Assembly (NCBI GenBank): GCA_951406725.2
Contig: OX597827.1
Span: 15,190,001-15,254,000, forward strand
Source: Octopus vulgaris
Lineage: Eukaryota
Length of the DNA: 64,000 nucleotides
Direction of reading: 5' to 3'
This document shows positions 1 through 13,452 of the stretch, in pieces. Position 1 is the stretch's first letter; every line of letters starts with the position of its first letter. Both the position numbers and the translations under genes were made by a program. The notes under the pieces are model-generated. The model was not told the DNA's origin. It was given only the letters and a program-made list of their open reading frames with translations, and ran no database searches.

Positions 1-545
1 AATAGCCTTAAGAACAACTGTTTAAAAGCAGCAAGTGATTGAATTGGCCAATCTTTTGGCAAAAATGGAGACACCATTTCAGTCATTCGTCTACGACAAT
101 CTGCAGAGTGGACCCTCTAAACTAGCCTAATTATAACCCTTGAACTGAGACATTCTAGCATGATCTAGAAGAAAAGCACCTTTTTGAGCTCCATGCATCT
201 AACACACTCAGGTATGCCTACAAAGACAGAAAGCAGCACAGCTCCCATGACTTTTGGAAATATTTTTTCACACCCAGAGATGCTGAAGCATGGAACAAGC
301 TACCTGCATCAGTTGTTAGTTGCCAAGATACTGCATCCTTTAAAACCTCAATGCTTCCTGAAATTCGTCAACACTACACCTGATATCCCACCCCACCTCC
401 TTATGCATGCACACATGTATATCATGATTCATACCCTGTTCACTTTCCTGACTTTTGTACATAATTTCTATGTACTGTACATGCACCTTTGATGAGTTGT
501 AGTACACCTGAGCACTATACACAATAATTTCATTATCATTATTAT
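1..545 (+). mobile_element. CR1/L2-type LINE 3' end (decayed)
   Basis: Frame ending at TGA 381-383 reads HLFELHASNTLRYAYK..FWKYFFTPRDAEAWNKLPASVVSCQDTASFK, the CR1 ORF2 C-terminal pattern (TRGH..K..FF..RV..WN.LP..VV...FK). It ends in an (ATT)-type tail; the same tail recurs at 47045-47083. Confidence 0.75.
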
Positions 546-551
546 TATCAT

Positions 552-850
552 ATTCTGAGGATACACCTGTAAGAAAAAGGTATTACAAAAGGAAAAAGGG
601 GCTCTCTACCCCCCTTTTGACCAGGCTCCCGTGGCTTTTATGGGTTTTTCCACCAGGAACCTTTCGAAGCGCCTCCCCCTTTTGGGAGTTTTTCATTGTT
701 AAATATTTTCGTTGTTACACTGTTTTTTACACGGATTTTTGAAACAGACAAAACCCTTTGTAACTTTCGTCCTGTGTTTTGTCCCTTTATGTTTTAATTA
801 ATTTTTGTCAGCCCTTGTGGCCAATAAACGAATTAATTATCATTATTATA
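552..850 (+). mobile_element. Tx1/L1-clade LINE 3' UTR fragment
   Basis: Near-identical to the 3' part of the elements at 17520-18228 (-) and 47084-47686 (+); ends AATAAA plus (ATT)n. Confidence 0.75.
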
Positions 851-1375
851 ACCTTATCGCATCAAGTCTGGTTGCTAACTGGTCAATAACTTGACCTTTC
901 ATGTAAACAAGGTTGTGCTATGTCATAACAAACTTAGCAATCTGGTGATTCAGTTTCAAGTCTTGCTACAAAACCATCATCTCTCCTTCAAACACCATTT
1001 CACACACCTCCATATATCCACTATGTATGTATGTATATGCATGTGTTTGTATGCTTACATATGCATATATATATATATATACATACGCACTGGATCCAGT
1101 CAAATATGTATGTATGTATGTGTGCCTTTTCTGTGTTTAATCATTTAAATTCGTCCTCTGAAGAAGGGAGCTGGTTTCTAACAAAGCTACAAAGCTCAAT
1201 CTTTGGAATGTCGATAACAAAAACGATGTCATATTTTAAACCTGAGAAGAAAGTCTTCCTCGTCGACATCATCATCATTGGCTGCAGTAGTGGGGGGGGG
1301 GGGTGTCATCGTCATCAGTGAAGGTGTCATCATCATCATCATTATCACATATTCAAATCCAATGTACTTTTCAGT

Positions 1376-1512
1376 AAGGAAGGAAGGAAGGAAGGAAGGG
1401 GGAGAGAGAAAGAAAGAGAAAGAAAGAGAGAAAGAAAGAAAGAGGGAAAGAAACAAAGAGAGAAAGAAAGAGGGAAAGAAAGAAAGAGAGAGAGAAAGAA
1501 AGAGAGAAAGAA

Positions 1513-1560
<48 letters not shown>

Positions 1561-1619
1561 AGAAAGAAAGAGAGAAAGAGAGAGAAAAAGAAAGAGAAAG
1601 AGAAAGAAAAAGAGAGAAA

Positions 1620-1653
<34 letters not shown>

Positions 1654-1662
1654 GAGAAAGAG

Positions 1663-1697
<35 letters not shown>

Positions 1698-1742
1698 GAG
1701 AAAGAAAGAGAGAAAGAAAGAGAGAAAGAGAGAAAGAAAGAG

Positions 1743-1777
<35 letters not shown>
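1376..1777. repeat. polypurine (GA/GAAA)n microsatellite
   Basis: About 400 bp of almost pure A/G; explains the KERE-rich and SLFL-rich ORFs. Confidence 0.95.
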
Positions 1778-1965
1778 GTTGAGTGGGATTTCAAGTTTTG
1801 ATTTATCATCTTGTTGAACCTGTTGAACAAGCTTCGCAAGGCTAAAAACGTGAAATCCAAGTCAAAACAATTTCACTCGACTCAATGCAAAGAGAGAGTC
1901 CCACCATCAATAAATGTTTTCTTTGTTTTCTACACTGTCTGATCAACTGTACCAGATAATATACA

Positions 1966-2179
1966 GATATATGTATATGTATATATGTATATGTATATGT
2001 ATATATATGTGTATATGTATATATGTATGTATATATATATGTGTATATGTATATATATATATATGTATATATGTATATATGTGTATATGTATATATGTAT
2101 ATATGTGTATATGTATATATATGTGTATATGTATATGTATGTATATGTATATATATATATATATATGTGTATATGTATG

Positions 2180-2226
<47 letters not shown>

Positions 2227-2260
2227 GTGCGTGTGTGCGTGTGTGCGTGTGTGTGTGTGT
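1966..2260. repeat. (TA)/(TG) compound microsatellite
   Basis: Direct inspection. Confidence 0.95.
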
Positions 2261-2316
2261 ACTCTTTGAAGAATTTTAGTGGATTAATAAATCATAATTA
2301 ATCACTCTGCAACCAT

Positions 2317-2738
2317 AGGCGCAGGAGTGGCTGTGTGGTAAGTAGCTTGCTAACCAGCCACATGGTTCCAGGTTCAGTCCCACTGCGTGGCATATTGGGC
2401 AAGTGTCTTCTGCTATAGCCCCGGGCGACCAATGCCTTGTGAGTGGATTTAGTAGATGGAAACTGAAAGAAGCTTGTCGTATATATGTATATATATATAT
2501 ATATATGTGCATGTTTGTGTGTCTGTATGCATGTTTGTGTGTCTGTGTTTGTCCCCCTAGCATTGCCTAACAACCAATGCTGGTGTGTTTACGTCCCCCG
2601 TCACTTAGCAGTTCGGCAAAATAGACCGATAGAATAAGTACTGGGCTTACAAAGAATAAGTCCCAGGGTCGATTTGCTCGACTAAAGGTGGTGCTCCAGC
2701 ATGGCCACAGTCAAATGACTGAAATGAGTAAAAGAGTA
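2317..2738 (+). mobile_element. SINE family A (tRNA-like head, internal TA/TG tract, AAAAGAGT tail)
   Basis: Head aggcgcaggagtggctgtgtggtaag..ggttcagtccc with A/B-box-like motifs; more than 10 copies in the window. Confidence 0.9.
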
Positions 2739-2845
2739 TATGATTCTGAATCACACTGCATTGCCCCAGTTCAACCAATGCCTGCCTTGTCAGTGAATTT
2801 GGTAGGCAGAAACTGTGTGGAAGCCTATGATATATATATATATAT

Positions 2846-3050
2846 ACTCTTTTACTTGTTTCAGTCATTTGACTGCGGCCATGCTGGAGTACCGCCTTTA
2901 ATCGAGCAACTCGACCCCGGGACTTATTCTTTTTGTAAGCCCAGTACTTATTCTATCAGTCTCTTTTTGCCGAACCGCTAAGTTACGGGGACGTAAACAC
3001 ACCAGCATCGGTTGTCAAGCAATGCTAAGGGGACAAACACAGACACACAA

Positions 3051-3103
<53 letters not shown>

Positions 3104-3270
3104 TACAACAGGCTTCTTTCAGTTTCCGTCTACCAAATCCACTCACAAGGCTTTGGTCGGCCCGGGGCTATATCAGAAGACACTTGCCCAAGATGCCACG
3201 CAGTGGGACTGAACCCGCAACCATGTGGTTGGTTAGCAAGCTACATACCACACAGCCACTCCTGCGCCTA
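2846..3270 (-). mobile_element. SINE family A
   Basis: Full-length reverse complement of the 2317 copy; tail-to-tail inverted pair. Confidence 0.9.
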
Positions 3271-3278
3271 TATATCTA

Positions 3279-3416
3279 TATAGAAATATTAATATTTCTA
3301 AGTCTCTCTAAAAGAGACTACGGCAGCGGTACTGGATATTAATAGTTATCACCAAGCTAATATGGCAGTCCAGAAATATAGGACGAATGCTGCCGTTGAT
3401 TAGCTCCAGGAGACCA
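3279..3416 (-). mobile_element. diverged 3' fragment of the 14.4-15.2 kb Penelope-like/retrozyme unit
   Basis: tagaaatattaa..ctaagtctctctaaaagaga..tagttatcaccaagctaatatggca..ttagctcca aligns to the reverse complement of about 14715-14848; abuts a TA tract. Confidence 0.7.
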
Positions 3417-3579
3417 GTATATAAAATAATGTAACGAAAATCACGTTTGTTTCCGACGTTCTGATAATTCTGCCAATCCAGCAATCATAGGGAAGAGTAT
3501 TTCCCCTTGAACAACTCTTTGTCTAACAGGGGAGACAACTTAAGATAGCAGCTGTTTATAATCGTCATTTTATTTTTGA

Positions 3580-3875
3580 CTAGCAGTATCGCCCGGCGTT
3601 GCTCGGGTTTGTAAGGGAAATAACTATATAAGCATTTTTAGAGAGTTACTTCCCTTATATAATAGCGAAAAAATGCATTAAAATGGGAAAAATTGATGGT
3701 AAATTTTTTAAAATCGTAGACTCATCGTAAACGCGCGCTAATACCCAGAAGGGGTCGATATGAATCACGACTATAAGATACCCACTTTTGGTTAAACTGC
3801 ACCGCAAAATGTGGGAGTAGTTAGGAATCTAAATCGTAGGAGACAGACACACAAGTTCACTTTTATATATAAAGA
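3580..3875 (-). mobile_element. non-autonomous Helitron
   Basis: Minus strand starts TC and ends with hairpin cccgagcaacgccggg then CTAG; sits between A and T; no TSD. Copies at 23500-24012 and 40046-40330. Confidence 0.85.
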
Positions 3876-3984
3876 TTTGTTTATCGAGTGTGTTCGTGTG
3901 CACGCGCACGCGAGTGTATGTGTTTGTGTGCACGCGCACGCGAGTGTATGTGTTTGTGTGCACGCGTATGCATGTGTTTGTGTT

Positions 3985-4173
3985 TGTTAAAGGCCATTGA
4001 TTGGTTAAAATTCGAAAAATTAAACTACGTTAAACTTACAAATTACAATTTTCTCAAGAAAGCCAAGAGAAAAAAATGTTTTATTTTGACACATTCTACC
4101 AGTATACGAAGTTTAAAAGTGTTTAGTTAACTAGAAATTGTGTTGACATCGGCCGTCCAAAAGGAAAAGATCC
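3985..4173. mobile_element. MITE family D, partial (one TIR)
   Basis: Ends ..gccgtccaaaaggaaaagatcc like the 42096-42731 copy. Confidence 0.7.
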
Positions 4174-5069
4174 TATGCATGTGTATATGCGTACGTATAT
4201 ATTTGCATGTGTATACGTGTGTGTATGCGCGCGTCAGTGTGCCTCGCGCACGCGTCTGTGAGCATGCGTTTGTGAGCATACGTGCGCACGCCTGTATGTG
4301 TGTGTGTGTATGTCCGTATGCGCGTGTGCACGTGTATGTGTGTGTGCGCACCCACACATACATGTGTAACTTCTAGTCAGCTTTGATCAAGATTTACCTT
4401 CGATGCTGTTGTAGTTTTCAAAGAGACTCATTGTGACAGACTGTGACAAAGATGGCCCTTTGAATTTCAGGTACAACTCATTTTTGCCAGCTCAGCGGAC
4501 TGGGGCTATGTGAAATAATGTTTGCTCAAGGATACACAGCATTACCGAGGATCGAACATACGACCATACGATCTCGAGCTGAATATTCTAACTACTAAGC
4601 AACGTTTATTTGTAATAAGAAAAACATATTCTATGAATTTCTTCCCAACTGTAATTATTTTTCTTTTGTAAGAAATGCCTCCTTTCATAAAATGCTTAAT
4701 TACTATATTTCAGGTTATATTATACTGACGATTTCTAAAAAGAATGAAACAGTCCTATACATGATTATAACCGACGAGAAATTTTAAGAACTTTGTAATA
4801 AGTGAGCAAAACAAAAATACGTATATTATGCAGCTCTTTCCCGATTCTTTAATTTTAAATTCAAATTTCTAATCTTGCCAAATATTATGAAGAAATGATT
4901 ACCTCCATAATAATAGTTGTCTTCAAGGGTACAACACGTGTTTCATTTAAGAACATTATTAAAAATGTCTTCCATATTTCACTTAATTGTCCCTAAACTC
5001 ACGCACAGACATACTCCGGTCTCATGGTCAGAGAGAAAAGCTGCATTCCGTCTCTACCTTTCTGCCTCT

Positions 5070-5295
5070 ACTATAATGGACAAAATCGAAGCTGCCCACC
5101 TCCTCTCTTTCTTTCTCTCTGTCTCTTCTACTAGTAATATAACGATCGAGAACAAAGTTGCCTTCTCTTTACCTCTTCTATTTGTAATATAATGGCCGAG
5201 AGCGAAGCTGCCTTCTCTCTCTCTACCCTTTCTACTATTATTATCACAGCTCTCGCTCTTCAGAGTTTGCTAAACTCACGCCACCTCCACTCAGT
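5070..5295 (+). mobile_element. LTR-like repeat fragment (inverted relative to 8460-8828)
   Basis: Reverse complement of 8460-8828 apart from the length of the GA tract. Confidence 0.6.
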
Positions 5296-5311
5296 TCATT
5301 CCTGAACTGCC

Positions 5312-5916
<605 letters not shown>

Positions 5917-6876
5917 AACCTTTCGATTAGATACATTATGATGGGCAAAAGTCTTAGTGACTTTAACTTGCCAACGAAAAAATCCGAGTTGTTTTTTACA
6001 GTAAATGTTTCCTTTTTCGCTTTTGTTAAACACAATATTTTAATCGATTAGAAATATTTTCAAGTGAATGTGATTTCAAAAATGTAAATTATTTGTACAG
6101 TAAGTATTTATATTTCACCTTTCTTTAAACAGACAATATTTTAATCTTTTAAAAATAATTTTCAAGTGAATAGTATTATAAAAATTTGGGTGGGGGGCAT
6201 ATTTTAAAATATTTTAAAGTGAAAATGACTTTTAAAATGCGATAAATATTTCGTAAAAGATCCGTTCATAGCCTCGGTATGAAATCCTTTTTTTCCATAG
6301 GTTTTTTTCGAGTGCATTCAACGTATCTCACTTCCAAAGATTTGGTGACTTTTTCTAGCACGCCCTACTACCACGTAACAGTTATTCACGGTAAAGGACC
6401 CGAAATAGCTGTTACGTGGTAGCAGGGCGTGCAAGAAATGGCAGCTAAATTTTTCTTTTTCTGGGAAAAGAAGCTGTTTACGCGTATGACCTTACTCTAC
6501 GTGACATATGCGACAGCAATGAGTCAATCGGTGGAATTTTGACAATTTGCTATGGCAATTTCCGTCAGCTTCTACCAGTAGTGAAAAGGGGAAATGACGC
6601 GGATGTGGAAAATGCCTGAATTGCAAAATCATACTTACGGCAAAGCTTTGAAATTTTTCAGTTGAAGACAAACATGCAATTGAGTGGGAGAGCAGAAGAG
6701 TACTCACAGTTCCTATTGGATATTGGAGAAGATGGAATCCAAAAAAATGAAAATGACGAAACTATTTTGCCAAAAGAAATGGTTCTCCATGCAACAACTA
6801 TGGAAGAATGCATTGACTTCATCTACCCTTCATTCGACAATCCAGGTGAAGTGTTTTCGAAAAATTGCATCTTAGT

Positions 6877-7218
6877 CACAACATCATAAGCGGAAAGTGT
6901 AACCTCTCGAAAGAGCTTTCTTCACTCCTGCTCCAGAGCGTGGGCTGCAAGGTCACTCCGAAAAGCTCTACCTACGACGATTTCATCTCAATCGAAGGAG
7001 AGGGGCTTTCTCCGTCCGGGTTGCGGATCCGTGAAATAGGCTGCCGGACGAGATAGTGAAGATGCCGACGACCGCTCGGTTCAAAGTCTCCCTTGACCAG
7101 AAATGGGCTGAACTCTTTGCATGAACACCCTCCCTGTACATAACTCCATGTCCCCCTACATGGCCTTGCTTTTGCTTTTTGAGCCAATAAAGATTAAATT
7201 TTTAAAAATTAAATTAAA
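6877..7218 (+). mobile_element. CR1-type LINE 3' end inserted in the helicase
   Basis: Reads GLQGHSEKLYLRRFHLNRRRGAFSVRVADP*NRLPDEIVKMPTTARFKVSLDQKW; AATAAA plus (TAAAT) tail; the helicase frame resumes after it. Confidence 0.8.
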
Positions 7219-7422
7219 TTAGTACCTCTCAATCAAACGATGAGAAGCATCAATTCTGCCTGTACTAGACGCCTTACCTGGAATCATTACAGAGTACTGA
7301 TCCTATAATTCTGTGAGTGCTGGTGCCAATGCCACTCATCTCCCGACTGAATTCCTTGACTCAGTTGAACCATCAGGACTGCCACCACATAAACTGGAAT
7401 TGGAAAAAGGATCGCCCGTAAT

Positions 7423-7584
7423 AGGCGCAGGAGTGGCTGTGTGGTAAGTAGCTTGTTTACCAACCACATGGTTCCGGGTTCGGTCCCACTGCGTGGCATC
7501 TTGGGCAAGAGTCTTCTGCTATAGCCCCGGACCGACCAGTGCCTTGTGAGTGGATTTGGTTGACGGAAACTGAAAGAAGCCTGT

Positions 7585-7630
<46 letters not shown>

Positions 7631-7870
7631 TGTGTGTGTGTATATGTTTGTGTGTCTGTGTTTGTCGTCCCCCCCCCCCAACATCGTTTGACAACCGATA
7701 CTGGTGTGTTTACGTCCCCGTCACTTAGCGGTTCGGCAAAAGAGACCGATAGAATAAGTACTGGGCTTACAAAGAATAAGTCCCGGGGTCGATTTGCTCG
7801 ACTAAAGGCGGTGCTCCAGCATGGCCGCAGTCAAATGACTGAAACAAGTAAAAGAGTAAAAGAGTAAAGA
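7423..7870 (+). mobile_element. SINE family A
   Basis: Full length, with (AAAAGAGT)n tail. Confidence 0.9.
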
Positions 7871-8266
7871 GTAATTCTGACGAGAAACTTGAATCCTCCA
7901 AGGCTTTGTAATGGAACGCATATGATCGTGGAAGAACTGCACGACAATCTCACAGTTGCGAGAATCAACACAGCTACTTTCAGAAATGAAATCGTTATGA
8001 TACCAATAATAATTGATCTATCCAAAGATGAGGATATCCCTTTGCAGCGAAGCCAATTCCCAGTTCAATCATGCTTCGCTATGATAATTCATAAAGCACA
8101 AGGACAAACTATGGACAACGTCTTGGTTTATCTGGAACGACTTGTATTCCAGCACGGTCAACTGTATGTGGCCCTTAGCCACGGAAACCGAAAGGAGAAT
8201 GTCAGAATGTTTCTGAAGGATACCCAGTCAACTAAGAATGTTGTCATCAAAAGCATTCTTGAGAAC

Positions 8267-8619
8267 TGTTATGTGTAGTTTGGGTTCTAATGGGATGGAC
8301 AACCAAATGAAGACCATTGTTATTGTTTACGTGTTTATTGCTTTACATGATACACGGACGACGACATTCAGCGTAGTAATACATTATATACTTTACACAC
8401 AGTTTGTACTGTTCACTAACAAATAGTGCCAAGAGTGGGGATGTAGTTTAACAAGAACAAACTGAGTGGAGGTGGCGTGAGTTTAGCAAACTCTAAAGAG
8501 CGAGAGCTGTGATAATAATAGTAGAAAAGGTAGAGAGAGAAGGCAGCTTCGCTCTCGGCCATTATATTACAAATAGAAGAGGTAAAGAGAAGGCAACTTT
8601 GTTCTCGATCATTAGTATT

Positions 8620-8677
<58 letters not shown>

Positions 8678-8828
8678 AAGAGAGAGAGAGAAAGAGGGAG
8701 AGAGAAAGAGGGAGAGAGAAAGAGGGAGAGAGAAAGAGGGAGAGAGAAAGAGGAGAGAGACAAAGAGGGAGAGAGAAAGAGGAAGACAGAGAGAGGAGGT
8801 GGGCAGCTTCGATTACGGCCATTATAGG
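8267..8828 (-). mobile_element. LTR-like insertion
   Basis: Sharp TGTTATG boundary shared with the copy at 54024-54203; on the minus strand AATAAA precedes a terminal ..TAACA. Confidence 0.5.
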
Positions 8829-9527
8829 AGAGAATGTTGTCATCAAAAGCATTCTTGCGAACAAACTGTAACAGCGTCAGAATATGAAAATATTCCTTCC
8901 GACATCAGAACGTGAAAGGGAAAGGAAAAATTAAGACAAGTATGAAGAATTTCCTTCATTTCGATGCAATGTTGAATTCAGCTTCAGTGTTTTATAACCT
9001 GAGCTGTCAGTGACCCAACGGGGCCGCTTACGATATCGATGTGACGTTCGTTGAAAGCATACAAAATAGCCTGGGGAAAAAATCACGAAACGAAACTTCG
9101 TTGGTGGAAAACGAAGTTTCCCGGCAAACACCGAGGTCCCTACAACCCCTCTCCCTTCTTTTCCGGAAGAAAGTAGCTCGCGGTGGGTTTGGAGGTGAGA
9201 TACGTTGAATGCACTCGAAAACACCCGTGGAAAAAGAAAAAATCATTTCACACCGAAGTACGAACGGGTCCTTTACGAAATTTTTACCCAAGATCGGGAC
9301 AAGGGTACGAATAGAAGGGTCGATGAGACTGAGCGTCTGACGGAACAGGGGGAAAGTGACTGAAGCAGGAGAGATCAGGAATCGGACATTTGAAGAATTG
9401 AGCGTCTGGTGAAACAGAGAGAAAGAGACAAAAGCATGTATTATGCACATACACACACACACACACATACACACACACACATACATATATTTCCGTCTAC
9501 CAAATTCACTAACACGGATTGCAGGTT

Positions 9528-9833
9528 ACATGTGTTCCTTCTCGAGCCATGCCTGGCTCATAAGGGCCGGTTTCCCAGTTTCATTGGCGTATAGGTTCCC
9601 CACCTGGACGGGACGCCGGTCCGTCGCAGGTGAGCTGCAAGATGCAGGAGGAAAGAGTATGAGAAAGTTGTGGCGAAAGAGTCAGCAGACGTTTCGCCAT
9701 TACCTTCTGCCGAAGCAGCGTGGAGCTTAGGTGTTTTCGCTCATAAACACACACATTGCCCAGTCTGAGATTCGAACCCACGATCCCTCGACCGCGAGTC
9801 CGCTGCTCTAACCACTAGGCCATGTGCCTCCAC
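9528..9833 (-). mobile_element. SINE family B head with alternative tail (B3)
   Basis: tRNA-like head tggcctagtggttagagc..gggttcgaatc; tail cctgcgacggaccggcgtcccgtccagg differs from other B copies. Confidence 0.8.
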
Positions 9834-9913
9834 AGGCTACATGCGTAGAAGTTATTAGGTGTGGCTTAGCATTTAGTAGTGGTGTTGGTGTAAGATGTGT
9901 GCTTTGGCGTTGG

Positions 9914-10231
9914 TCGGTGAGCTGGCAGAAACGTTAGCACGCCGGGCGAAATGCTTAGCGGTATTTCGTCTGCGTTACGTTGTGAGTTCAAATTCCGCCG
10001 AGCTCGACTTTGCCTTTCATCCTTTCGGGGTCAATAAATTAAGTACCAGTTACGCACTCTGCGTTACGTTGTGAGTTCAAATTCCGCCGAGCTCGACTTT
10101 GCCTTTCATCCTTTCGGGGTCAATAAATTAAGTACCAGTTACGCACTGGGGTCGATGTAATCGACTTAATACCTATGTCTGTCCTTGTTTGTCCCCTCTG
10201 TGCTTAGCCCCTTGTGGGTAATAAAGAAATA
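9914..10231 (+). mobile_element. SINE family C with internal tandem duplication of about 108 bp
   Basis: Core ttgcctttcatcctttcggggtc(g/a)ataaattaagtaccag present twice. Confidence 0.85.
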
Positions 10232-10675
10232 GTTATTGTTTGTATGAATTGTGCATCTTGTCCCAGGCAAATGGGTGAAGTTACGGTCATTGCATATGCA
10301 TAGTCTCTCACGTTGAGAATAGCTGCATGTCTTCGGGTTTCGTACGTTCGTGATTTTACTTTATTTACAGTTGGTAGATTTATGATGGAGCTATTCAGGT
10401 TGGGCTGAGCGGGGGGTGAGGGAAGAAAGGGGTGATCCTTTACTAACTGGGGTAGAAGTAGTAGTACTGGTAATGGTAGTAGCAGTAGACTGGGATGATG
10501 GCAATGATTGATGATGGACCTCGTGCTATTCTGGGGGGGGGGGGAGAAATTTGAGTGACCCGACTGCGAAGAAGAGCTAGCGATCGTGATTGTTTAATAG
10601 GTCAATTGTTCTAGTATTAAAGAAAGATTGCCAATGCTCACCCTTGCTGTTGCTTTTGTTTAGTTGTGGTAAGGG

Positions 10676-10749
10676 CAGTAGTAGTAGTAGTGGTGGTGGT
10701 GGTGGTGGTGGTAGTAGTAGTAGTGGTGGTGGTGGTAGTAGTAGTAGTG

Positions 10750-10805
<56 letters not shown>

Positions 10806-10812
10806 GGTGGTG

Positions 10813-10864
<52 letters not shown>

Positions 10865-10962
10865 TAGTGGTAGTAGTAGTAGTGGTGGTGGTGGTGGTGG
10901 TGGTGGTGGTAGTAGTAGTAGTAGTAGTGGTGGTGGTGATGGTGGTAGTAGTAGTAGTAGTA

Positions 10963-10995
<33 letters not shown>

Positions 10996-11009
10996 GCTGT
11001 AGCAGTAGC

Positions 11010-11048
<39 letters not shown>

Positions 11049-11118
11049 GGTGGTGGTGGCGGTGGTAGTAGTAGTAGTAGTAGTGGTGGTGGTGATGGTG
11101 GTAGTAGTAGTAGTAGTA

Positions 11119-11188
<70 letters not shown>

Positions 11189-11206
11189 CAGTAGTAGTAG
11201 TAGTAG
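10676..11206. repeat. (GTA)/(GTG) trinucleotide microsatellite
   Basis: Explains the poly-S/G, poly-V and poly-L/P ORFs. Confidence 0.95.
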
Positions 11207-11386
11207 AGCGCGATGACAGTGATGATGATAGGTCACTTGATCACTTGAGGTATTTTCGAGGCAACGAGGGAGTGGATAGCTGAATCTCTGAAAAGCTTGT
11301 GATTGTGGAATTTAATATCTGCAATTTATTATCTCATCAATTGTGCTAGCATTGAGGAGTGGCCGTGATTGTTGTTGTCGTCGTTA

Positions 11387-11568
11387 TGATAGATCGTTAG
11401 CCACTACACGCATTTGTTTTCTCTCCTTGTTTTTTTCTGTGTCCCTTTCTGTAGAAGAGCGTAGGCTCGAAACGTAAAAGACTTTTTCTATTCCTGAGCG
11501 TTATACTTATACATCTGTTTGTTTTGTACATCACCTGTCTTCGTCTTTTGTTTTTCTCGTAAATTCTC

Positions 11569-11572
<4 letters not shown>
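11387..11572 (+). mobile_element. Penelope-like terminal repeat with variant minimal hammerhead
   Basis: cttt-CTGTAGA-a-gagc(gtag)gctc-GAAA-cg-TA-aaag at 11445-11480; ends in (TA)n; near-identical copy at 59598-59776. Confidence 0.65.
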
Positions 11573-11600
<28 letters not shown>

Positions 11601-11606
<6 letters not shown>

Positions 11607-11842
11607 GAAATAAGGTACTCAGAAATCTGGATGGTTTTATATTTACAGATATTTATTAATAAGTCACATGTTTTTATGAATCATATATTAGCGCTTGCGT
11701 CCACTCTAGTGGAGTATTCTAGTGGAGTCTCCACTAGAGTGGACGCAAGCGCTAATATATGATTCATAAAAACATGTGACTTATTAATAAATATCTGTAA
11801 ATATAAAACCATCCAGATTTCTGAGTACCTTATTTCTTCTAA
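11601..11842. repeat. perfect palindrome (114-bp arms) in (TA)n, Penelope-like terminus
   Basis: 11601-11714 is the reverse complement of 11729-11842. Terminal motif tgagtaccttattt is shared with the 16249 element. Confidence 0.9.
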
Positions 11843-12032
11843 TATATATATATATATATAATTATAATTTTAATGTTGAAGCTGCTTTAGGTCAGTGATA
11901 TATCTTTATAGGGATTGGGGTGGGGTGGGTGGGTTTCTTTTTATTTATTTTTCGTTGTTCTTATCTTCTAAGCCTGAGAAAGGTAAGTAGGGGATGCGAT
12001 TATATATATATATATATATGCGCGCGCGCATA

Positions 12033-13260
12033 GAGGGTGCGATGGGTAAATTGTCGCCATTTTATATTTTTAATTTTGCGCATGTGGTTAGTTCGTTTTT
12101 GCTTTTGTCGACTACACAGTATAGTAGGATCAGATGGGCACCGCCTGTGAGAAAAACAGTAACATGACGCAATTCACTCAGCCACAAATTTGGAAACGAC
12201 ATGCTGTACTGCTTGGCATTTGCGCCGGAAGCTCCTATACACACAGTGTTTGGGTGACAATCTGAGACATGTTGTTGGAAGCACTCCGTCGGTTACGACG
12301 ATGAGGGTTCCGGTTGATCCGATCAACGGAACAGCCTGCTCGTGAAATTAACGTGTAAGTGGCTGAGCACTCCACAGACACGTGCACCCTTAACGTAGTT
12401 CTCGGGGATATTCAGCGTGACACAGAGAGTGACAAGGCCGGCCCTTTAAAACACAGGTACAACAGAAACAGGAAGTAAGAGTGAGAGAATGTTGTGGTGA
12501 AAGAGTACAGCAGGGACCACTACCATCCCCTGCCGGAGCCTCGTGGAGCTTTTAGGTGTTTTCGCTCAATAAACACTCACAACGCCCGGTCTGGGAATCG
12601 AAACTGCGATCCTACGACCGCGAGTCCGCTGCCCTAACCACTGGGCCATTGCGCCTCCACCTGAGGACATGTACTGAGAATGATAAAAATCAACATCATG
12701 GTGTTTGGAGTGATCACTAGTGATGGCGACATCATACTTCCATTAATCTTCCCACGCGCTCTCACACTCAACACGGAGGTCTACATCAAGTGTCTGGAAG
12801 AGGTAGTGCTGCCCTGGGTCAAAAGGGTGGCTGCTCGAAGACCTTATGTCTGGCAACAGGACCCTACACCATGCCACAGAAGCAGGCGAACCCAGTCAGA
12901 CAATTTCTAATATCTGGCCACCTAACTCCCCAGACTGCAAACCCCCTTGATTATTATGTGTGAGGCTCAGTTGAGCGAAAGACCAACAAAACTCCTTGTA
13001 ACACCAATGATAAACTGAAGGCAAGGATTATGGCAGTATTCATCAACTTAAAGAAGGAGACCGTCCAGAAAAGATGCAGGAGATTACGAAGTCTTCTTGA
13101 GGCCATGGTTGAAGCCAATGGCGATTTTATTGAATAAATTTACTCTTTAGCATTTCAATATATCTTCATGTAATTTTGGTAAATATATCTGTTAAAATGA
13201 GATGTCAGTGTTGTTTACAATTTTGCAAAATTTAGACGACAGTTTATTCACCGCACCCTG
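12033..13260 (+). mobile_element. Tc1/mariner maT-like (DD37D-type) transposon, internally deleted
   Basis: TIRs gagggtgcg..aaattgtcg / cgacagtttattcaccgcaccctg with TA flanks; MVFGVITSDG..WQQDPTPCH..WPPNSPDCKPLDYY..EANGDFIE* with frameshifts. Confidence 0.85.
12277..12660 (-). mobile_element. SINE family B inserted in the maT element
   Basis: Full length; imperfect TSD ctga(g)gacatgt. Confidence 0.9.
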
Positions 13261-13419
13261 TATATACATACATACATACATACATACACATACATGCATA
13301 TACATACATACACATACATACATACATATTTATACATACATACATACATACATATATACATACATATATATACATATATATATACACATATATATATACA
13401 CATACATATATACACATAC

Positions 13420-13452
<33 letters not shown>

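Larger units (their letters stand above)
6650..8871 (+). pseudogene. Helitron RepHel PIF1-like helicase C-terminal region, fragmented
   Basis: LKTNMQL..FLLDIGEDG..FIYPSF..NCILV (6662-6875) and RNLNPPRLCNGT..QFPVQSCFAMIIHKAQGQT..VFQHGQLYVALS (7870-8270) match Helitron/PIF1 motifs. Interrupted by CR1, SINE A and an LTR-like insert. Confidence 0.9.

Noticed and set aside
1140-1241. Minus-strand exon reading LKYDIVFVID (vWA-like)
   Set aside because: No DxSxS motif, early stop, and it overlaps repeat-like sequence.
1278-1860. 179-aa KERE-rich and 171-aa SLFL-rich ORFs
   Set aside because: Translation of a GA microsatellite.
7889-8278. Host PIF1 gene
   Set aside because: Intronless, interrupted by retroposons, degenerate motifs and Helitron-type signature; treated as a transposon relic.
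9328-9418. Hammerhead-like tcgatga-gac..gtc and ttgaaga..gaaac
   Set aside because: No correctly placed GAAA with a supporting stem I and stem III.
10577-11283. Ser/Gly-rich 208-aa ORF resembling a structural protein
   Set aside because: Pure (GTA/GTG)n tract open in several frames on both strands.
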